Positions 54,890 through 63,688 of a DNA stretch of 64,000 nt are shown here, piece after piece. Within the stretch, counting starts at the first letter, position 1. Every line of letters starts with the position of its first letter. Origin of the DNA: an uncultured Candidatus Saccharibacteria bacterium (GTDB lineage: Bacteria; Patescibacteriota; Minisyncoccia; Phycocordibacterales; Phycocordibacteraceae); assembly GCA_964507275.1 (NCBI GenBank), contig CAZDPG010000001.1, positions 188,061 to 252,060 of the forward strand, read 5' to 3'. The position numbers were made by a program, and so were the translations under genes. The notes under the pieces were generated by a model. It made no database searches and was not told where the DNA came from. It saw nothing but the letters and a program-made list of their open reading frames with translations.

Positions 54890-56225
54890 GCTGAGATGAG
54901 TCGGAGAGGAGTGTGTCGATGCGGTTGATATCGCGCGGGAAGAGGGTCGCTTCCTTTACGTTTGCGAGTCCAAGCATTTTTTGCGTAAGACGCTCAAGAC
55001 CCATACCCCATCCACCGTGCGGTGGCATACCGTATTTGAAGGCTTGCAAGTAGTACGAGAACTTCTCAGGGTCGAGCCCCTTCATTTTGATACCCTCGAC
55101 GAGATTATCGTAGTCGTGTCGGCGCTGGCCGCCCGTCGTTATCTCAACACCGCGGAAAAGCAGGTCGAAGCTGTTCGTATAACCTAGGTCTTCCGGATCT
55201 TCCATCGTATACATCGGCCGCTTCGATACCGGGTAGTGCGTGACGAAGATGAAATCACTCCCCTTTTCACGGGCGGCCCATTCTGAGAGCCAGCGCTCGT
55301 CTTCGGGTTCGAGATCAGGCTCATTGCGATTGTCGCGCCCAGTCTCCTTATAGATGAGCTCGAGTGCTTCGCGAAGCTTAAGCGACGGGAATACTTCTGG
55401 TGCAACGGGTAGTGTCGCACTGAGAAGTTTGAACTCATTCGCGCAGTTCTCCTCCAGCTGCTTGATGATCGCGTGCATGAGGCGCGTCTCGAGCTCCATC
55501 AGGTCATGGTGGTCGGTGATGAATCCCATCTCCAAATCCATTGAAGTATATTCGTTCAGGTGGCGCGTCGTGGAATGCTTCTCTGCGCGATAGACGTTCC
55601 CGATAGCATAGACGCGTTCGAGTACGCCGACCATGATTTGCTTATAGAATTGCGGCGATGTGCCGAGATGAGCGGTCTTGTCGTTGAAATACGGTACAGA
55701 AAAGACGTTCGCGCCACCCTCGGCATCGTCCCCGATGAGTTTCGGGGCTTGGAATTCTGTGAATCCCTCGATACCGAGGAATCCGCGATAGGCGTTCGTG
55801 ATTTCAGCCTGCACGCGGAATATGGCTCGTGCGCGCTCGCTGCGAAGCGTAAGCGGTAGGTAGTCGAGATACGTGTCGAGATTAACTTCGGTATCTTTCT
55901 CAAACGGTAGTTCCTGTGCTTTTGCGAGTACGGTGATGGCTGTCGCTTCGAGTTCCAGATTCCCGTTTGTGCCCTCGGTGCGCATTTTTTCAGGGCGTTC
56001 ATTCACGATCCCCTCGATCGTGACGATCCATTCTGGTTTCAGGTCTTGTGCCACCGTGAGCGCTTCGATGTGATTCGGTAGGCACACCACCTGCACCTTC
56101 CCTGAGCGGTCGCGGATGTCGAGGAAGATGAGCTTCCCGTGGTCGCGACGGACATCCACCGAACCGGAGATGGAGATGGTTTTGCCGATATGACTTCCGA
56201 GATTTACGATAGTTGTTCGTTCCAT
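54864..56225 (-). CDS. aspS: Archaeal/eukaryotic-type class II aspartyl-tRNA synthetase (AsnRS/AspRS-like, ~450 aa)
   Basis: OB-fold N-domain. Motif 1 ...FTEFQAPKL.... Motif 2 ...VYRAEKHSTTRHLNEYTSMDLEMGF.... Motif 3 ...GMPPHGGWGMGLERL.... The Asp vs Asn specificity cannot be decided by eye. Confidence 0.75.
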   Translation of the reverse strand: MERTTIVNLGSHIGKTISISGSVDVRRDHGKLIFLDIRDRSGKVQVVCLPNHIEALTVAQDLKPEWIVTIEGIVNERPEKMRTEGTNGNLELEATAITVLAKAQELPFEKDTEVNLDTYLDYLPLTLRSERARAIFRVQAEITNAYRGFLGIEGFTEFQAPKLIGDDAEGGANVFSVPYFNDKTAHLGTSPQFYKQIMVGVLERVYAIGNVYRAEKHSTTRHLNEYTSMDLEMGFITDHHDLMELETRLMHAIIKQLEENCANEFKLLSATLPVAPEVFPSLKLREALELIYKETGRDNRNEPDLEPEDERWLSEWAAREKGSDFIFVTHYPVSKRPMYTMEDPEDLGYTNSFDLLFRGVEITTGGQRRHDYDNLVEGIKMKGLDPEKFSYYLQAFKYGMPPHGGWGMGLERLTQKMLGLANVKEATLFPRDINRIDTLLSDSSQHESNTSED

Positions 56226-56294
56226 ATATCCTATAAAATAACACACCCCACGATGAATTGTGGGGTGTTGCGAGATTGTTACTCGCGGGGGGTT

Positions 56295-56894
56295 TCACAT
56301 GCCCTTGTTCAGAATCATGCGCAGGAGGTCCTGGATGGCATAGTACTCGGGGTTGATGAGTAACGCCGCAGCATCGGCCAGGCGATTGAAGAACCAGAGG
56401 CCGGCGAAGCAAGAGAGACCGATGGGGAGAATGCGGGCAATCCACATACGGGGCTCATGGTCATCATCATCGGGTTTCGGGTTCCATAGTTTGCCGACGA
56501 AATACATGTAGGTGAGCAGAACAGCCAGAAAGCCGACCGGAACGATGCATGCCATGATGGCCTTGGCGTACTGCTGCTTGATCATGATTCGCCAGACATC
56601 CGGCGCGATCTTGTTGATGGCCTGGGCCATGGCACCGACGACATCCGAAACCTTGTCGATAGCCTTGTCCATCACTTGAGCGACGGTCTTTTCGGTGGTC
56701 GACACCTCGGCCTTCCTCGGTTCTTCCTTCTTGGGTTGCTCGACGCCGAAAAGCTGGCCCAGCTCCTGTACTCCTTTCTGCACGGCCGCAGCATCGGCCT
56801 GAGAGACCGAAGTCTTTTCAGTGTCTGCCGCAAACAGGGGTGTCGCCAGGCTCAAAGACAGGGCGACCAATGTTGCAAAGATCAGTTTCCTCAC
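56295..56894 (-). CDS. Hypothetical secreted/membrane protein (signal peptide plus 2 TM)
   Basis: Signal MRKLIFATLVALSLSLATPLFA. Two C-terminal TM helices. No motif. Confidence 0.45.
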   Translation of the reverse strand: MRKLIFATLVALSLSLATPLFAADTEKTSVSQADAAAVQKGVQELGQLFGVEQPKKEEPRKAEVSTTEKTVAQVMDKAIDKVSDVVGAMAQAINKIAPDVWRIMIKQQYAKAIMACIVPVGFLAVLLTYMYFVGKLWNPKPDDDDHEPRMWIARILPIGLSCFAGLWFFNRLADAAALLINPEYYAIQDLLRMILNKGM

Positions 56895-57007
56895 GTTTTT
56901 TCTCCTCTAGACAGGACCTTCGGCGCAAGCCTCTAGTATGTCCTGCCTCAGATAAATCTGCTCATATATAAACACACCTGTTCTAGATTGTAAATAGCTT
57001 TGCGCGA

Positions 57008-57964
57008 CTACGCAACACCAATAGCTTTTCGCACTTGCTCCATCTTCGCTTCGCTTATAGCGCGTGCTTCTATCTTCCCTTGCGTGAGGATGTCATCAAT
57101 GATAGCCGGATCGTCTCGGAGTGCTTCATACTTAGTGCGAATCGGAGCAAGGTAGCGATCGAGGTCTTCTATAAGCGTTTCTTTCAGCGCTTTATAGTTA
57201 CCCTGATGTTCTTCATAGAGAGGGTTTAGCGTTTGTTCGCTTCTGAAGAGGCGGTGTAAGCGGTACACGTTTTCAGGACGATTTCCGCTTGAATCGGTGA
57301 CGATGCTCATGACCGCTTTAGCAAGCTGATCGCGAGAAGCAAAGAGCGGAATGACATTCCCATAGCTCTTACTCATCTTCTGTCCGTCAGTACCAGGGAC
57401 AACAGCGACGTCCGGCATGATATAGGGCTCGGGGAGTTTGAAAATATCGGTCTTGTAGGTACGATTGAATTTCTCTGCGGTATCACGCGCGTACTCGATG
57501 TGCTGCTTCTGATCGGCACCTACCGGTACGATAGCGGCATCGTAGAGGAGGATATCGGCAGCCATGAGCATCGGATAGTTGAACGTACCGACGCTTAACT
57601 CCTTCCCTTTCGCTTCGGCATCTTTATAGGCGTGCGCGCGCATGAGGTACGGCATCGTCGTGATAGTGTCGAAAATCCAGCAGAGCTCGGTATGCGCCGG
57701 AACGTCTGATTGTTTGAAGAACACGACGTCCTCCGGGTCGAGTCCGATGGCAAGATACGCCATCACGAGTTCATGCGTGCGGCGCTTCATCTCCTCGGCA
57801 TCCTGCATCGTGTTCAGGGCGTGGTAATCAGCGACGAAGATGAACGGGCGGTACTTCCCCGTCTGCACAAGCTCAACGAACTGGCGCATCGCGCCGAAAT
57901 AGTTGCCGATGTGCAAATCGCCAGTCGGCTTCACGCCGGATACGAGAACAGGTCTGTCAGTCAT
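57008..57964 (-). CDS. trpS: Tryptophanyl-tRNA synthetase
   Basis: VSGVKPTGDLHIGNYFGA (HIGH) and KMSKSYGN (KMSKS). 318 aa. Confidence 0.9.
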   Translation of the reverse strand: MTDRPVLVSGVKPTGDLHIGNYFGAMRQFVELVQTGKYRPFIFVADYHALNTMQDAEEMKRRTHELVMAYLAIGLDPEDVVFFKQSDVPAHTELCWIFDTITTMPYLMRAHAYKDAEAKGKELSVGTFNYPMLMAADILLYDAAIVPVGADQKQHIEYARDTAEKFNRTYKTDIFKLPEPYIMPDVAVVPGTDGQKMSKSYGNVIPLFASRDQLAKAVMSIVTDSSGNRPENVYRLHRLFRSEQTLNPLYEEHQGNYKALKETLIEDLDRYLAPIRTKYEALRDDPAIIDDILTQGKIEARAISEAKMEQVRKAIGVA

Positions 57965-58139
57965 GGTTGTACGATACCATACCTTGACGACCCGTTGCAG
58001 AGAGGTATCGTTACTACAGAAAGGAGGGTTCCATCATGAACTCATTGCAGGTAGCGGCTCTCGAGGCCGCAGCGCAGTCAACCGTCACTGCCGCTCTTTT
58101 CTTCGGTGTATGCGCAGCGCTCGGTGTTGCCATGTTCTT

Positions 58140-59222
58140 CTACCCCTTTGGACTCCCCGCCCCGGCGGGGTTTTCCTTTGCGTAGTGCTCGCAGATTTTC
58201 TTCATAAGGCCCGGACCTTCGAATATCATGCCAGAGACGATTTGGATGAGGTCTGCTCCTGCATCGAACTTCGCCATCGCATCAATTGGCGAGAAGATGC
58301 CACCGGAGCCGATGATTGTGAATCGCGTGCCTGACTTCGCGCGCGTCTTGCGGATAAGCTCGTTCGAAAGTGTGAAGCAGGGAGTGCCGGAGAGCCCCCC
58401 GCGATATTCCTTCGGCGCGTCCTCAGGATGCTTCAAGTCTCCATACTTCTTATTCAGATTGCCGATGACGAGTCCCTCTACGCCGCTCCTGTCGGCGATG
58501 TCGAGGAGCTCGGCGAATTGCTCCCAGGGGATGTTGATTGGCATCTTGATGTACACAGGCTGAGTATGAGGTATCTCCATGAGTCGTGGCATGAGCCGTG
58601 CGAAGAGTTCTGGCTCGATGAATGTCTCGCCAGTGTAGGAATTAGGACACGAGATGTTTATCGTGAAGTAGTCGCCGGTATCTGCCGCGACTAATTTCTT
58701 GAATGACTCGACGTAATCGCGGATGCCTGCCTCGACATTGGCTGCGGCTTCCGGCTCGTTCGTGCGTGCTATCGAGATGCCGATCACGAAATCAGGCATG
58801 CGTGGCGTACGGGCAAGACGAGAGATGAGTGCATCGACGCCTTGATTGCGGAGCCCTTTATACACGATGAGGCTCTTGTTGCGGATGAGTCGCGTGAGTC
58901 GTGGGCGCGGGTTCCCTGCACAAGGGCGCGCAGTCGTCGATCCTATCTCTTCTCCGCCGAAAGCGAGCGATGGCAATATTTGAGTGAGCCTCCCATCCGA
59001 ATCAAATCCGGCCGAGAGCACTACCGGGGTGCGGTAGGTGATGCCATCGACTACTTTGCTGATATCAGGGCCATGATAGCCGTATAGGAGCGCGAAGAGT
59101 TTGCGCAGGAGTGCGAAGCGGCCTGCGAACTCGCCAATAGCGACGAACAAATCGTGCATCGTCTCTGGATTGCACTTGAACATGATCGGCTTGAGCACAG
59201 TGCGGTAAAGGAAATCAATCAT
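58140..59222 (-). CDS. pyrD: Dihydroorotate dehydrogenase (class 2, quinone-dependent)
   Basis: The N-terminus MIDFLYRTVLKPIMF...PETMHDL matches the class-2 N-terminal extension. GFDSDG and NISCPNS motifs. The track ORF's upstream extension (TTG at 59345) overlaps tRNA-Tyr and is rejected. Confidence 0.8.
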   Translation of the reverse strand: MIDFLYRTVLKPIMFKCNPETMHDLFVAIGEFAGRFALLRKLFALLYGYHGPDISKVVDGITYRTPVVLSAGFDSDGRLTQILPSLAFGGEEIGSTTARPCAGNPRPRLTRLIRNKSLIVYKGLRNQGVDALISRLARTPRMPDFVIGISIARTNEPEAAANVEAGIRDYVESFKKLVAADTGDYFTINISCPNSYTGETFIEPELFARLMPRLMEIPHTQPVYIKMPINIPWEQFAELLDIADRSGVEGLVIGNLNKKYGDLKHPEDAPKEYRGGLSGTPCFTLSNELIRKTRAKSGTRFTIIGSGGIFSPIDAMAKFDAGADLIQIVSGMIFEGPGLMKKICEHYAKENPAGAGSPKG

Positions 59223-59280
59223 GCGTATGAGTATACGATACTCCACGCAAGATTCCCGAAAATGGGACTTGTCTCTTGTA

Positions 59281-59367
59281 TGGTGCGCCGGGAAGGATTC
59301 GAACCTTCGTAGGACTATGTCCGCGAGATTTACAGTCTCGAGCAATTGACCGCTCTGCCACCGACGC
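59281..59367 (-). tRNA. tRNA-Tyr (anticodon GUA), long variable arm, CCA encoded
   Basis: Manual fold: GCGTCGG acceptor. Anticodon arm CGAGA-CUGUAAA-UCUCG. Variable arm GGAC-aua-GUCC. T-arm GAAGG-TTCGAAT-CCTTC. 3' CCGGCGC-A-CCA. Coordinates +/-1. Confidence 0.75.
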
Positions 59368-59994
59368 TCATTTTGTCAAGTCATGGCTGTACTCCTCTAT
59401 CCACGTGAGTATTTGCCTTAATAACTTTGTATCACAATACACTATATGAACAAGACCGTGAAGCATTCGTGGGCCCCGCGGCCCTGGGCTTGCAGCTTTC
59501 TTTACGTACGGTTTGATGAACTGTTGTTCTGGAATAGAGAGCAATTGGCTCCAATAACGAGTAAGGGCTTTAATATCTTGCCCTTCATAACAATACAAAT
59601 GCCCGCGAACCCTCTTCTCATCGACACGGCAGATTTCGGATAGAAAACGTCTGAATATGAGTGCCATCTTCGGATCAGAGTTCGCGAAGTCTATGGAATG
59701 GGCGCCTACTTTGTATCCCTCCGCCCAATACAGCATGATAGCTGCTTCTTTTAGGCGTTCTTCAATTTTCGACAGCTTGGTTTTTAGATTATAGGAAAGT
59801 GGTTTAGCTTCGAAACGAATACTGTTTGTCTCCTGTGCGGAGCGGCGAGGAACATCGAGACTTCGAAGTGTGTAATAAGCCGCATGGATACTAACACCGA
59901 AATGATCCGCTACTTGCTGCGCACTTAGTCCGGTCCGATACAGGCGGGCGGCCTCTTGTTGTTGTTTCGGTGAAAGAGCGGCTACATTAGGCAT
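59368..59994 (-). CDS. AT-rich HTH-domain DNA-binding protein (resolvase/sigma70-region-4-like N-terminal HTH plus uncharacterised C-terminal domain)
   Basis: The N-terminus LSPKQQQEAARLYRTGLSAQQVADHFGVSIHAAYYTLR is a classic HTH. The ~150-aa C-terminal domain has a weak LAGLIDADG-like stretch (AIMLYWAEGYKVG). Low GC. Sits between tRNA-Tyr and tyrS. Confidence 0.5.
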   Translation of the reverse strand: MPNVAALSPKQQQEAARLYRTGLSAQQVADHFGVSIHAAYYTLRSLDVPRRSAQETNSIRFEAKPLSYNLKTKLSKIEERLKEAAIMLYWAEGYKVGAHSIDFANSDPKMALIFRRFLSEICRVDEKRVRGHLYCYEGQDIKALTRYWSQLLSIPEQQFIKPYVKKAASPGPRGPRMLHGLVHIVYCDTKLLRQILTWIEEYSHDLTK

Positions 59995-60051
59995 GCTTTT
60001 ATTATCTCAACCCAGAAGTTGAGAGTCAAACGGACTTATACACAGAAATGT

Positions 60052-61305
60052 TTACTTTAGTACAAGAATCAGTACGCCCTGCTTGCCCTTGCGTACGAGC
60101 GCATGACCACCACTGAGATCTCCTGCAAAGAGTTTCTGGTCGGGATCGGTTATCGGAAAGCCGGAGAGTGTAATCCCCTTCCCTTCGATGAGTCTCCGCG
60201 CATCACTCTTGCTCGAGGCGAGACCTCCCGTGACGAGTATCTCAGCAAGTGATGCACCGCCTTCCATATCTTTCTTCGAGAGTGTTACCGAAGGTGCTTC
60301 AGCAAGTGCGACTTGGCGTGCTTCACGCGAGAGCTCACCGAACGGCGTATCGCCGAAGAGTGCGTCGGATGTCGCTGCGGCCTGAGCAGTCGCGGCTGGG
60401 CCGTGCACTATCTCGGTCACGAGGCGCGCAAGCGTCTCCTGTGCCTGACGCTCTCCAGGGTTGCGATGATGGAGCTCCATGAGCGCACTTATCTCGCTAA
60501 GCGGGAGGAACGTGTAGACCTTGAGATAGTTCTCTATGTTTACATCCGGGAGGTTAATCCAGAATTGATAGAAGCGAAACGGAGATGTCTTCTCCGCATC
60601 GAGCCAGACAGCATTCCCCTCGCTCTTGCCGAATTTCTTGCCAGTAGCATCGGTGACGAGCGGCATACCGAGCGCATACACCTGCTTACCCAAACGCTTA
60701 TGGATGAGATCGACGCCAGAAAGAATGTTCGTCCACTGATCAGAGCCGCCGATCTGGAGATCGACACCGTATTTATCATGCAATACGAAATAATCGAAAC
60801 CCTGCAAGAGAGCATAGGTGAACTCGGTATAGGAGATGCTATCGTCAGGCGTTTCAAGACGGCGTTTGATCACTTCGCGCTTCACGAGGTCGTTCACAGT
60901 GAAATACTTTCCGACATCTCGCAGGAACGGGATAAGCGAAACCTTCATGAGCCAGTCGGCATTATCGACCATTCTGAATGACGTCCTGCCCAAAATATCC
61001 TTCAATTGAGACTTGAGCGCGCGCGTGTTTGCGGCGACGAGCTTCTCCGTGAGCATCGGGCGCTCGCCTTTCTCCTTCGGATCGCCAATCATGCCAGTGC
61101 CGCCGCCCACGAGGAAGATGAGTTTGTGTCCCGCATCACCCAGGCGCTTCATGAGGAGCACCCACGCGAGGTGTCCGACATGGAGCGAGTCAGCGGTCGG
61201 GTCAGTACCGATATAGACGGTACGCTGCTCGGCGAGGATTTTCTCCGGTTCTGCCGACGAGAGTTCTATCAGCCCGCGCGCTTTCAGTTCTTCAGCGAGA
61301 GTCAT
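60052..61305 (-). CDS. tyrS: Tyrosyl-tRNA synthetase (with C-terminal S4 domain)
   Basis: ...YIGTDPTADSLHVGHL (HIGH) and KFGKSEGN (KMSKS). Start chosen at MTLAEELKARGLI (the track ORF begins 60 nt earlier). Confidence 0.85.
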   Translation of the reverse strand: MTLAEELKARGLIELSSAEPEKILAEQRTVYIGTDPTADSLHVGHLAWVLLMKRLGDAGHKLIFLVGGGTGMIGDPKEKGERPMLTEKLVAANTRALKSQLKDILGRTSFRMVDNADWLMKVSLIPFLRDVGKYFTVNDLVKREVIKRRLETPDDSISYTEFTYALLQGFDYFVLHDKYGVDLQIGGSDQWTNILSGVDLIHKRLGKQVYALGMPLVTDATGKKFGKSEGNAVWLDAEKTSPFRFYQFWINLPDVNIENYLKVYTFLPLSEISALMELHHRNPGERQAQETLARLVTEIVHGPAATAQAAATSDALFGDTPFGELSREARQVALAEAPSVTLSKKDMEGGASLAEILVTGGLASSKSDARRLIEGKGITLSGFPITDPDQKLFAGDLSGGHALVRKGKQGVLILVLK

Positions 61306-61322
61306 GGAGAAAATATACCACG

Positions 61323-63104
61323 TCAGATGGACGCTTCCAGGAAGCCGCCCGCCTGGTGGTTCCAAAGGTTCGCGTAGAGTCCTCCCTTAGCAATCAGTTC
61401 ATCATGCGTGCCGTCTTCGACGATATGACCCTCTTCCATGACGACAATCCTGTCCATCGCGCGCAGAGTCGACAGACGGTGTGCGACCGCAATCACCGTG
61501 CGATGCTCCATGAGCGTAAGGAGAGCCTTTTGGACTGCAGACTCACTCTCGCTATCAAGCGAAGAGGTCGCCTCGTCGAGCAATAATATCGGCGCGTCCT
61601 TGAGTAACGCGCGAGCGATAGCAATCCGCTGGCGCTGCCCGCCAGAAAGCTTCACGCCGCGCTCGCCTACCAGCGAGGCATATCCTTCAGGCAGGTGCTC
61701 TATGAATTCATGCGCCTCAGCAAGCTGAGCGGCATGAATTATGTCGTCCTCGGTCGCGGAGGGTTTCCCGTAAGCGATGTTTTCTCGTATGGATCGGTGG
61801 AAAAGAAGTGGTTCTTGCGGGACGATAGCTATCGCTTGCCGTAGGCTATTTTTTGTCATGAGCGTTATGTCGTTCCCGTCGATGGCAATAGTGCCGTCCG
61901 TCGCATCGTGACGACGTAAGAAAAGGTTTATCAAGGTGCTCTTCCCAGCTCCGCTTCGCCCAACGACGCCAACTCTCTGTCCCGCAGGGATGTCGATGGA
62001 GAGACTGTCGAAGACTATGGTGCCGCCGTATGAAAAAGAAACGTCTTTGAGCGAAATTGATCCGCGCACGTAATCGAGCGCCTGTGCGTCTGCCCCATCA
62101 GGCATTTCGTGGGGACTAACGATATCAGAAAGACTCTCGACGACCTGACCCCATGCGTCGCCGAAATTATTCAGATGGCTTCCTATGAAAGTGAGGCGGT
62201 CCTCGACCATAAGCACGATAGTCAGAATCAAAATGATGTCGCCTGCGGTCAGCACTCCCTTCCCGGTAAGGAACGTGGCGGCAGCGATCATTCCGCCGAT
62301 GAAGAAGACCTGTAGGATGCCGTTACCAAGACGAACCCACTCGCGGAACTTCCAGTTCGTGAGCCCAGAGACTGCCCGATCAGTGATAAACCTTTTCAAC
62401 CGATTGAGCTCGAACGACTGCTGTGCATAATCATGCACAGCGCTCATGTTCGTCAGCATGTCGACCGTCGCACCGCCAATCGCCGTTTCGGCCCGCTGTG
62501 TCGCGACTGCAAGCGGAACGCCTTTCTTCACGAGATAGATGTTCATCGGAGTGATGACGAGCACCCATGCAAGGAAAATAAACGCGATAAGCGGACTTGT
62601 GTAGAACGCGAGCAGGAAACTTCCGGTAATCGAAACGAAGAACGGAATGAAATTCCAGATAATTCCTTCGACAATATCCTTCATGCTATTCGACGCTTGG
62701 GTAATCTTGCTCGAGATTGACCCGGCGAAGCGGTCAGCGAAATACGCATGACTATGTCGAGTCACATATGAGGAGAGCGCGTAGCGCGTGGTCGCCCGTG
62801 CACCGACCGACCAGTACATGCCGACGAAGCCGCTCCCGCGCCAGAAAAGAATTGCAAGAAGAGAGACAGCGATATAAGCTCCCGTCGCCTGCCAAAGAAC
62901 AGTGATTCCACCTCCACTCGTGAGTGCGTAGGCGGAATTAGTGATGAGTTTGAAAATGTATGCGACGGCTACATTCACGACGCCACCAAGCACGACAAGG
63001 ACGATAGCGCCGGATGCTACGAGCCGGTATGGGCGCGTTATGAAAATCAGAAACTTCCACGGACTTGTGCCTTGTGGAAGTTCTTCGAGCCACATGTGTT
63101 GCAT
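61323..63104 (-). CDS. ABC exporter, fused permease-ATPase (MsbA/ABCB-type)
   Basis: Six-TM N-terminal domain. Walker A GRSGAGKST. ABC signature LSGGQRQRIAIARAL. Walker B ILLLDEATSSLD. Start at MQHMWLEEL (the track ORF is longer). Confidence 0.8.
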   Translation of the reverse strand: MQHMWLEELPQGTSPWKFLIFITRPYRLVASGAIVLVVLGGVVNVAVAYIFKLITNSAYALTSGGGITVLWQATGAYIAVSLLAILFWRGSGFVGMYWSVGARATTRYALSSYVTRHSHAYFADRFAGSISSKITQASNSMKDIVEGIIWNFIPFFVSITGSFLLAFYTSPLIAFIFLAWVLVITPMNIYLVKKGVPLAVATQRAETAIGGATVDMLTNMSAVHDYAQQSFELNRLKRFITDRAVSGLTNWKFREWVRLGNGILQVFFIGGMIAAATFLTGKGVLTAGDIILILTIVLMVEDRLTFIGSHLNNFGDAWGQVVESLSDIVSPHEMPDGADAQALDYVRGSISLKDVSFSYGGTIVFDSLSIDIPAGQRVGVVGRSGAGKSTLINLFLRRHDATDGTIAIDGNDITLMTKNSLRQAIAIVPQEPLLFHRSIRENIAYGKPSATEDDIIHAAQLAEAHEFIEHLPEGYASLVGERGVKLSGGQRQRIAIARALLKDAPILLLDEATSSLDSESESAVQKALLTLMEHRTVIAVAHRLSTLRAMDRIVVMEEGHIVEDGTHDELIAKGGLYANLWNHQAGGFLEASI

Positions 63105-63148
63105 GTGGCTCAGTATAACGTAAAACCTAAGGTTTCCACCAAGTGGAT

Positions 63149-63685
63149 CTAGCGGGCGAGGAAGAAGAGTCCGATAGCAGGAGCGGAGAACCACCAGAAG
63201 AAGTATGCTTTCGGTGCGAAGAGCGCATCGATGGCCGGAGTGAAGTTATAGACATCGGCTACCGGGAATACATGGTAGGCCAGAGCGAGCAGGAACGATG
63301 CACCGAGGAATGCGAGTATGATTGTCCCGAATATGCCGACGTAAAGGAAGTCCGAGACGACGACACGACGCAGGATGATATAGAACAAGAATGAGAGGAC
63401 GGCATAGAAGCCGATATGCGCGAGGAGTGCGGTGAGTGCAGGTGCAGTAGGAAGAAGCGACAGGTACGGGAACGAGACGTAAATCGCGTAGGCGGCATAA
63501 AAGGCCATCAGGATAGAGAGGAGTGTCGCACGTCCGATATACCACGCGAGGAGGAAAAAGGCTGTGAACAGGATGATGACGATGAGAAAATCGCTCGCCC
63601 AGCTCCATGCCGAGAGCGCCGTGTTCGTCGCGAGTACGTTTACCTGGGCGATGCCGTCGATAGCAGACATGCTGGTAGTATACAA
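63149..63685 (-). CDS. Hypothetical polytopic membrane protein (~5 TM)
   Basis: Highly hydrophobic 178-aa ORF. No motif. Confidence 0.4.
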   Translation of the reverse strand: MYTTSMSAIDGIAQVNVLATNTALSAWSWASDFLIVIILFTAFFLLAWYIGRATLLSILMAFYAAYAIYVSFPYLSLLPTAPALTALLAHIGFYAVLSFLFYIILRRVVVSDFLYVGIFGTIILAFLGASFLLALAYHVFPVADVYNFTPAIDALFAPKAYFFWWFSAPAIGLFFLAR

Positions 63686-63688
63686 CGG

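Noticed and set aside
59223-59345. 5' extension of the pyrD ORF using a TTG start
   Set aside because: It overlaps the tRNA-Tyr gene. PyrD homology starts at MIDFLYRTVLKPIMF (59222). The ORF track renders TTG/GTG as M.
59368-59994. Calling the HTH gene a LAGLIDADG homing endonuclease
   Set aside because: Only a weak single motif-like stretch (LYWAEGYK) is present, and no second LAGLIDADG copy or dimer-interface helix is recognisable. It is kept as a hypothesis only.
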